From positions 28,976 to 92,975 of the forward strand of contig CAZFYQ010000003.1 in the NCBI GenBank assembly GCA_964523905.1: a DNA stretch of 64,000 bases, written 5' to 3'. The notes under the pieces were generated by a model that saw nothing but the letters and a program-made list of their open reading frames with translations, made no database searches and was not told the origin of the DNA. Shown here in pieces: positions 57,923 to 64,000 of the stretch; position 1 is the first letter of the stretch; the number at the start of each line of letters is the position of its first letter. Source of the DNA: an uncultured Gammaproteobacteria bacterium. GTDB lineage: Bacteria; Patescibacteriota; Microgenomatia; Daviesbacterales; UBA10151. Position numbers and translations under genes: made by a program.

Positions 57923-59893
57923 CTAAATACTTAATTCTTTAATCTGATCTCGGATTCTGGCGGCTTCTTCAAAGTCTAAAACTGCTGCGGCTTCTTTCAT
58001 TTCGGTTTCTAATAGTTTTATCATTTTCTGACGTTCGTCTGCCGGGATATCCTCCGGTTTTAAAATGTCTTTGCCTAATTTTTCCTGGACCTCTTCCAAT
58101 TGTTCTATTAAGCGATCACGCAAAGGCTTAATGATTGATTTAGGAGTAATGTGATGTTCCTTATTATATTGTTCCTGATACTCGCGTCGTCTGGTAACCT
58201 CATCAATAGCTGCTTTCATGGATTTGGTAACTGTATCTGCATACATAATCACATGACCATGTACATGCCGGGCTGCCCGGCCCATGGTCTGTACTAAGGA
58301 AGTTCTGGATCTTAGAAAGCCTTCTTTATCCGCATCAATAATAGCCACTAAAGATACTTCCGGCAAATCCAAACCCTCCCGAAGCAGATTAATTCCCACC
58401 AACACATCAAATTCTCCCAGTCTTAATGAATTTAAAATATCCGATCTTTCCAGGGTAGCCACATCAGAATGTAGATATTGCACTTTCAAGCCTTTTTCTT
58501 TTAGATAATCCGTTAAATCCTCGGCCATTCTTTTGGTTAGGGTCGTTACCAGCACCCGTTCACCTTGTTTAACTCGTTTCTCAATCTCTAGCTGTAAATC
58601 AGCAATCTGACCTTGAGTTGGACGAACATCAACTTTCGGATCCAATAGCCCGGTTGGTCTAATTAACTGCTCTGCAATATTGCTTCCAGCTAAGCTCAAT
58701 TCATATTCATCCGGAGTTGCAGAAGTATAAATTGCCTGATGAACCCGTCTTTGAAATTCATCAAACTTTAACGGCCGGTTATCCAAAGCAGAAGGCAGCC
58801 TAAACCCAAATTCTATTAAGGTTTCCTTGCGGGCCCGGTCCCCGTTATACATCCCCCTAATTTGTGGCAAAGTAATGTGAGACTCATCAATAATTACTAA
58901 ATAATCTTTCGGAAAGTAATTTAATAAAGAATATGGCGCAGAACCAGGCTCACGGCCATCAAAATAGCGGGAATAATTTTCAATGCCATTACAATAACCA
59001 TACTGACGAATCATTTCTAAGTCAAAATTAGTTCTTTGTTCCAACCTTTGAGCTTCTACCAGCTTACCCTGGCTTTTCAGTTCCTTTAACCTAGCTGCTA
59101 AGTCTTCTTCAATTTGTTTTATTCCCGGCACAATTCTTTGTTCCGGTGTAATGTAGTGCTTGGCTGGATAAATTACCTGAGTACCTTGTAAATCCTCAGT
59201 ATTACCGGTTAAAGGGTCTAGCTTAGCAACTTTTTCAATCTTGTCACCTAGAAACTGTAATCTGTAGCCCGTGTCTAAATATGAAGCAAAAATATCAATT
59301 GTTTCACCGCGGACCCGATATGCACCTCGTTTGAAATCAATATCGTTCCTTTCATAATACATTTTCTGGAGAATTTTCATGATTTGTTGAAACGTGGCTT
59401 TCATACCCTGGCCTACTTCTAAAATAGCCTGGCCATATTCAATTGGAGAACCCAAGTTATAAATTGCGGAAACTGACGCTACTACGACTGTATCCTTGCG
59501 GGTTAATAAGGAAGCTGTGGTGGAAAGCCGCAGCTTTTCGATCTCTTCATTAATAGAGGCATCCTTTTCTATATAGGTGTCAGATGAAGGAAGATATGCT
59601 TCTGGCTGGTAATAATCATAATAAGAAACAAAATATTCCACGGCATTATCCGGAAAGAACATTTTAAATTCCTGAGTAAGTTGTGCAGCCAGAGTCTTAT
59701 TGTGGGAAATAATCAGAGTCGGCCGCTGCACAGCTTGGATCACATTAGCCATGGTAAAAGTCTTACCAGAACCAGTTACTCCCAGCAAAACCTGGTGTTC
59801 ATCACCTTTATTTAACCCTTTAACCAGCTTTTCAATAGCCTGTGGCTGATCACCAGTTGGCTTAAATCCGGAAATAATCTTAAAATTTGGCAT
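57923..59893 (-). CDS. uvrB: Excinuclease ABC subunit B
   Basis: Helicase motifs GVTGSGKT and DESH, the beta-hairpin region, and the C-terminal UVR motif FEEAARIRDQIKEL. Confidence 0.95.
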   Translation of the reverse strand: MPNFKIISGFKPTGDQPQAIEKLVKGLNKGDEHQVLLGVTGSGKTFTMANVIQAVQRPTLIISHNKTLAAQLTQEFKMFFPDNAVEYFVSYYDYYQPEAYLPSSDTYIEKDASINEEIEKLRLSTTASLLTRKDTVVVASVSAIYNLGSPIEYGQAILEVGQGMKATFQQIMKILQKMYYERNDIDFKRGAYRVRGETIDIFASYLDTGYRLQFLGDKIEKVAKLDPLTGNTEDLQGTQVIYPAKHYITPEQRIVPGIKQIEEDLAARLKELKSQGKLVEAQRLEQRTNFDLEMIRQYGYCNGIENYSRYFDGREPGSAPYSLLNYFPKDYLVIIDESHITLPQIRGMYNGDRARKETLIEFGFRLPSALDNRPLKFDEFQRRVHQAIYTSATPDEYELSLAGSNIAEQLIRPTGLLDPKVDVRPTQGQIADLQLEIEKRVKQGERVLVTTLTKRMAEDLTDYLKEKGLKVQYLHSDVATLERSDILNSLRLGEFDVLVGINLLREGLDLPEVSLVAIIDADKEGFLRSRTSLVQTMGRAARHVHGHVIMYADTVTKSMKAAIDEVTRRREYQEQYNKEHHITPKSIIKPLRDRLIEQLEEVQEKLGKDILKPEDIPADERQKMIKLLETEMKEAAAVLDFEEAARIRDQIKELSI

Positions 59894-59936
59894 CTAGTTA
59901 TTATACAGCGAAATTTACCCGAAAAGAAGAGCTTAG

Positions 59937-60158
59937 TTAATGAGTTGGGTGGAGTTCTAATGGAAATAAAGGGACTATATTAGACTGTTCAGATAAAGGA
60001 GTAGTAGCTGTTTTAGAGACATTTAACCTTGGCTTTTTTGTGAATTCGGGTAAATCCACCCTTAAATCCACAGCTGTATGTAATGCCTGTCTTTGAAGTT
60101 CATGGATATCATTTTCCATAGTTCTTAACCGAAATTCATATTCTGAAGAAGTTGGCAT
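59937..60158 (-). CDS. Small hypothetical protein (73 aa), paralog of the 61760-61990 product
   Basis: The N-terminal ~35 aa MENDIHELQRQALHTAVDLRVDLPEF align with MQEDLDQIRVSAIELASVVVLLDPKP. Confidence 0.35.
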   Translation of the reverse strand: MPTSSEYEFRLRTMENDIHELQRQALHTAVDLRVDLPEFTKKPRLNVSKTATTPLSEQSNIVPLFPLELHPTH

Positions 60159-60207
60159 CAGGCTATTTTAGCATAGCAAAGATTATTTGTTGTTAATAGC
60201 AACTATC

Positions 60208-60967
60208 AACCTGGGAGGTGGACTACGTTGACACCTAGGGAAAATTTGAATATTGTTATATTATGCCCGGAAGAAAGATTCCTCTAATTACTGGTGAGAC
60301 ATACCATGTATTTAACAGAGGTATTGATAGAAGACCCACCTTTACCAATAAAAGGGAATTAGACAGGGCTCAAAAGACCATCAGTTTTTACAATTTTTTT
60401 GAACCACCGGTTAGTTTATCAAAATTCCTAAGACTTGAGACAAAGAAGCAAAATGAAATTCTTGATGCTTTAGCCCAAAACAAGAAATTAGTTGAGATTT
60501 TTTGTTATTGCTTAATGCCTAATCATTTTCATCTATTAGTAAGACAAGAGCGAGACAAAGGAATTGCTAAATTTCTAAGCAATTTACAAAATAGTTACAC
60601 GCGATACTTTAATGTAAAACACTCCAGAGATGGTTCACTTTTTCTGGACCAATTTAAAGCCGTGCGGATAGAAACTGACGAGCAGCTCTTGCACGTATCC
60701 CGCTATATTCACTTAAATCCCCATACCGGTTTTGTGGTGAAAACTCTGGATGAACTTGAAAATTACCCTTGGTCCTCATTTCCAGATTACCTACAAAATA
60801 ATGACCAGGTTGTGGATACTGAATTCATACTAGGTTTATTTAAGAATGCTAAACAATATAAGGAGTATGTATTCGATCAAGCTGATTATCAGCGAGAATT
60901 AAGCTTAATAAAACATTTAGTTTTGGAATAATCCCTAGGTTGCCTATCTGGATAACCTCCCAGGTGG
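60208..60967 (+). mobile_element. RAYT/IS200-like unit bounded by ~35-bp imperfect terminal inverted repeats built from ACCT/AGGT hairpins
   Basis: Left end aACCTgggAGGTgg...ACACCTAGGG (60208-60240). Right end CCCTAGGT...aACCTcccAGGTgg (60933-60967), beginning 2 nt after the stop codon. Confidence 0.55.
60263..60931 (+). CDS. HUH Y1 tyrosine transposase, RAYT/IS200-like (copy 2)
   Basis: YHVFNRG, HuH CLMPNHFHLLV, SRYIHLNP, and C-terminal YPWSSF. About 45% identical to copy 1. Confidence 0.75.
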   Translation: MPGRKIPLITGETYHVFNRGIDRRPTFTNKRELDRAQKTISFYNFFEPPVSLSKFLRLETKKQNEILDALAQNKKLVEIFCYCLMPNHFHLLVRQERDKGIAKFLSNLQNSYTRYFNVKHSRDGSLFLDQFKAVRIETDEQLLHVSRYIHLNPHTGFVVKTLDELENYPWSSFPDYLQNNDQVVDTEFILGLFKNAKQYKEYVFDQADYQRELSLIKHLVLE

Positions 60968-60983
60968 GATTTTTAGAAAATAA

Positions 60984-61373
60984 TTAGGGCTTAATGCGGC
61001 GTTCCGTGTATTGTATTGCATCTCTAGCGCTGGAAAAACGATTGGCCACTTGATATCTAACTTCTACTGACCCAATTACTCTGGTGGACCAAACAGAAAT
61101 AGCACCATGCACATCACTTAGTTCATCACTGGCTACAGCTAATGAATGGAATACATCTCTGGCATGACCCAGTCTTTCCCTGCCCCTTTCATCCATAGGT
61201 TTGCCTTGTTCATCTATAGCGGCAGTTTCCAAGGCATAAGTAAAAGCTTGTCTAAAGTTTAAACCTTCATGGCGCATTTGGTAAGTTACACCATTTTGAT
61301 GGGCCCACCTTATTGCTTGCTCTATCTGGCGAGGTTTAAAAGAAGTAAGTTCTCTTTCTCTAAAATCTGCCAT
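60984..61373 (-). CDS. Hypothetical protein (129 aa)
   Basis: Third gene of a three-gene minus-strand operon; no motif recognised. Confidence 0.35.
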   Translation of the reverse strand: MADFRERELTSFKPRQIEQAIRWAHQNGVTYQMRHEGLNFRQAFTYALETAAIDEQGKPMDERGRERLGHARDVFHSLAVASDELSDVHGAISVWSTRVIGSVEVRYQVANRFSSARDAIQYTERRIKP

Positions 61374-61385
61374 GGGTGGATTTTA

Positions 61386-61754
61386 TCACACTCCAAAAGG
61401 AATAAAACCAGGAGGGAATAAAAAGGTCAGGTTATCAGTAGAATCTTCTGCTGGCTCAAACTCCACGGTATTTGCTTCAAGATATTTTCTAAATTCTTCT
61501 AGTCTGGGAGAAAATAACCTGGGGAAAGCTACAATATTTGAAGGCAGTTCCTGTTGTGGTAATAAAGCACTAAAATTTAAAGGTGGAGGTAGCACGGGCA
61601 AAGGCACATCATTAGAATCTGGATCTATTCCTCGTAAGGCATGCAGAACTGAAAGCAAGTTAGCTTCTTCTACTGTGAAGATAATTTCTGGTAAGTTTTC
61701 TAATCCGCCTTCTATTATTGTTAACTGTGGCTGCCCTTTATCAAACTCTGTCAT
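61386..61754 (-). CDS. Hypothetical acidic Pro-rich protein (122 aa)
   Basis: Middle gene of the operon, with 12-nt and 5-nt intergenic gaps. Confidence 0.35.
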   Translation of the reverse strand: MTEFDKGQPQLTIIEGGLENLPEIIFTVEEANLLSVLHALRGIDPDSNDVPLPVLPPPLNFSALLPQQELPSNIVAFPRLFSPRLEEFRKYLEANTVEFEPAEDSTDNLTFLFPPGFIPFGV

Positions 61755-61759
61755 ATGGG

Positions 61760-61990
61760 TTATTGAAACATGATCTCACAATAATACAGACGTGAATGCG
61801 GGTCAGCAGTGGTGTTAGCAACCGGGGGATTAAGAATTTGGTCAATTTTCTTACCACGTAGGCTTGCTCTTCGGGGTTTAGGGTCTAAAAGGACCACAAC
61901 ACTAGCTAATTCTATTGCGCTGACCCTAATCTGATCAAGGTCTTCCTGCATTGCATCCAAGCGCGCTTCATTTTCTAAAGGAATTGCCAT
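61760..61990 (-). CDS. Small hypothetical protein (76 aa), paralog of the 59937-60158 product
   Basis: Leading gene of the operon; its N-terminal region is similar to the 73-aa protein. Confidence 0.35.
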   Translation of the reverse strand: MAIPLENEARLDAMQEDLDQIRVSAIELASVVVLLDPKPRRASLRGKKIDQILNPPVANTTADPHSRLYYCEIMFQ

Positions 61991-62048
61991 GCCTGTATTT
62001 TACCATAAAGAAGGATTGCAAACTTGTTGAAGGTATGTTACGTTAAAA

Positions 62049-63224
62049 ATGATGTATAAATTTCTGGGGCTGCTTTTTGCTTTATCCCTAATTTTTTTGG
62101 TTTCTCCGGCTTATGCTAAAAACTTAGATAAACCCCACCAGGCTGTTTGTGGTAAACAACATGATGAATTTAACTGTCATGCCAGAGTGATTACAGATGA
62201 CCAGGGCAAACCAGCAGTGACCAACTCACCGTTTGGATACGGGCCGGTACAGTTTAGAAATGCTTATGGTGTTTCCGGTAGTGTTACTGCTCCACAGACT
62301 ATTGCCATTGTTGATGCTTATGATGACCCAAATATTTTAGCTGACTTAAATAGCTATAGTTCGGCCCTGGGAATTCCCGGGTTAAGTTCTTGTCCGGCTT
62401 CTTCTGGAACCCCCACCCATCCTTGTTTTCAAAAAGTTAACCAAAATGGCCTTAGTAATTATCCGCAAAAAAATGCCGGCTGGTCTTTAGAAATGTCTCT
62501 TGACGTAGAAACCGCCCATGCCATGTGCCAAAACTGTAATATTTTGTTGGTGGAGGCCAATTCTGCCAGCTATAGTAATTTAATGTCGGCAGTAGACCAA
62601 GCAGTGACAATGGGAGCCAAGGTGGTTTCTAATTCATACGGTTCTAATGAGTTTAGTAGTGAAACCACTTTTGATTCTCATTTTAATAAACCTGGAATTG
62701 CGTTTACTTTTAGTTCCGGTGACTCCGGGTATGGTGCCTCTTATCCAGCTGCTTCCCAATATGTCACTGCTGTTGGAGGAACAACCCTAAATTTAAACAA
62801 CAATAATTATGTCAGTGAGTCGGTGTGGAATGGAGCTGGTAGCGGTTGTAGTGTTTATGAAAGCAAACCGGGTTTCCAACATGACACAGGATGTGCTAAA
62901 AGAATGATTTCTGATGTATCAGCAGATGCAAATCCTAATACCGGAGCAGCTGTTTATGACACCACCCCTTATCAGGGGCAAAGAGGTTGGTTCCAGGTGG
63001 GCGGTACCAGTTTAGCTTCACCGATCATTGCAGCTACCTATATATATGGTGGAATTGCTGGCAGCTCAATGGCTAATAGCTTACCTTATGCTAACTCAGG
63101 AGCTCTACATGATGTTACATCAGGATCTAACGGAACCTGTAGTATTCCTTATTTATGTAATGGAGTGAGCGGATATGATGGCCCATCTGGCCTTGGTAGT
63201 CCAAACGGATCCGCAGCCTTTTAA
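62049..63224 (+). CDS. Secreted subtilase-fold serine peptidase (S53 sedolisin-like / S8)
   Basis: Signal peptide, AIVDAYDDPN, SGDSGYG, and the nucleophile motif GGTSLASP. Confidence 0.6.
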   Translation: MMYKFLGLLFALSLIFLVSPAYAKNLDKPHQAVCGKQHDEFNCHARVITDDQGKPAVTNSPFGYGPVQFRNAYGVSGSVTAPQTIAIVDAYDDPNILADLNSYSSALGIPGLSSCPASSGTPTHPCFQKVNQNGLSNYPQKNAGWSLEMSLDVETAHAMCQNCNILLVEANSASYSNLMSAVDQAVTMGAKVVSNSYGSNEFSSETTFDSHFNKPGIAFTFSSGDSGYGASYPAASQYVTAVGGTTLNLNNNNYVSESVWNGAGSGCSVYESKPGFQHDTGCAKRMISDVSADANPNTGAAVYDTTPYQGQRGWFQVGGTSLASPIIAATYIYGGIAGSSMANSLPYANSGALHDVTSGSNGTCSIPYLCNGVSGYDGPSGLGSPNGSAAF

Positions 63225-63272
63225 GAAAAGCTATGATTTAGGCTATTGCTTTTTTAATTTTCTTATAGTATT

Positions 63273-64000
63273 GTGAAAAACGTGAAGCTTCTAAATAAAT
63301 TAATTTCCTCTGTTGCCATTCTCTCTTTGTTGTTTTTCCAAATGGTTACACCTTTGGAGGTGTTGGCTCAGGAAGCTACTGTTACTCCTACCCCTACTGA
63401 CACCGTACAAACTGATGCTACTCCAACACCTACTCCAACTGACTCTGTAAGTCCAACGGAAACCCCCGCCCCAACTGACCAGCCAACCGTCACTCCCGCT
63501 GACACGTCTACACCAACTCCTGCACTAACTGAAACTCCTGCTCCAACAAACACACCTACCCCAACTGAAACACAATCAGCTCCTGTTCAATTAGTAGCTT
63601 ATGTCTACACTGACCAGTCAGATTACTCACCAACTCAAAAAGTATTAATCTATGGAAAAGACTTTTCTGTAAACGAAGGCTACACTGTCAAAGTCAGCTC
63701 AACTGATGAACCAGCAGTTGAAGCTCCGCTGTCTGTAACTACAGATGCAGCTGGATCATTTTCTACAGCATACCAACTAGACGGCAACTACCGACCAAAC
63801 TATGCCGTAGCTGTGGTAGACGGTTCAGGAAATACAGTTGCTACTACAACATTTACAGACAGCACTAACAAAGTTGGAACAGTAACTGTAGGGGCACAAA
63901 GCGGATCATTAACGGCAGGTACTGCTGGTAGCGCAACGTATTTAATAACTGTCAATAGTAATGGTGGCGCTTTTACAGCGAATTTGACATTACCATCTCT
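63273..64000 (+). CDS. Secreted protein with Thr/Pro-rich linker and beta-sandwich-like domain (partial; 3' end outside window)
   Basis: GTG start, signal peptide VKNVKLLNKLISSVAILSLLFFQMVTPLEVLA, about 70 aa of TP-rich linker, then a Gly/Thr-rich domain. It is not in the ORF track because it has no stop within the window. Confidence 0.5.
   Translation, partial: MKNVKLLNKLISSVAILSLLFFQMVTPLEVLAQEATVTPTPTDTVQTDATPTPTPTDSVSPTETPAPTDQPTVTPADTSTPTPALTETPAPTNTPTPTETQSAPVQLVAYVYTDQSDYSPTQKVLIYGKDFSVNEGYTVKVSSTDEPAVEAPLSVTTDAAGSFSTAYQLDGNYRPNYAVAVVDGSGNTVATTTFTDSTNKVGTVTVGAQSGSLTAGTAGSATYLITVNSNGGAFTANLTLPS
63348..63363. repeat. Solo REP-like hairpin ACACCT-ttgg-AGGTGT
   Basis: Same arm sequence. 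It lies within the 5' signal-peptide coding part of the last gene. Confidence 0.4.

Noticed and set aside
40943-60967. Composite transposon formed by the two transposase genes
   Set aside because: The copies are only about 45% identical at protein level, their end hairpins differ, and there are no matching terminal repeats spanning the 19-kb interval. They are more likely independent REP/RAYT-type loci.
63368-63553. 61-aa minus-strand ORF made of GVGV repeats
   Set aside because: It is the antisense reading of the Thr/Pro-rich linker codons of the plus-strand secreted protein.

Overview
The window is a low-GC bacterial chromosome segment with compact, gene-dense organisation. Several features are reminiscent of a reduced, CPR/Patescibacteria-like genome, though this is inference only: short Obg and UvrC, a DEVD-variant DEAD-box helicase, an atypical tRNA, and many promoters that sit directly against the start codon (leaderless-type).

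Recognisable housekeeping content:
- DNA repair: dinB, and all three excinuclease genes uvrA, uvrB and uvrC within about 13 kb.
- Translation and RNA: obg, typA, a DEAD-box helicase, dus, trhO, and tRNA-His, tRNA-Lys and an odd tRNA-Arg.
- Sugar and pentose-phosphate block: HAD phosphatase, two SIS proteins including a PGI/PMI, zwf, an MBL-fold protein coupled to zwf, a short-form 6-phosphogluconate dehydrogenase, and a ROK glucokinase.
- Envelope and transport: MacAB-like ABC efflux, two MFS, two EamA, a VIT1-like transporter, a CcdA-thioredoxin fusion, secG, a GT-C glycosyltransferase, a GH5-like secreted hydrolase, a transglutaminase-like protein and an S53-like peptidase.

Accessory and unusual content:
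- Two diverged HUH Y1 transposase genes of RAYT/IS200-like type, each bracketed by hairpins with ACCT/AGGT arms; solo copies of the same hairpin occur elsewhere (REP-like family).
- Three direct repeats of the last ~45 nt of uvrB, spread over a 2-kb islet between uvrA and uvrB. The islet carries an HExxH secreted protein and three tiny hydrophobic peptide genes.
- A perfect 7-nt x4 tandem repeat inside the uvrA reading frame.
- A Fic/Doc toxin gene with a 43-codon upstream ORF beside tRNA-His.
- A 71-bp tandem repeat with covarying hairpins at the dinB 5' end.
- A 575-aa protein with six internal ~30-aa Gly-bracketed repeats, wedged into the sugar cluster.
- Two tight operons of uncharacterised proteins at 48.1-50.1 kb and 61.0-62.0 kb; these are the best candidates for undescribed systems.

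No rRNA, CRISPR array or phage structural module was seen.
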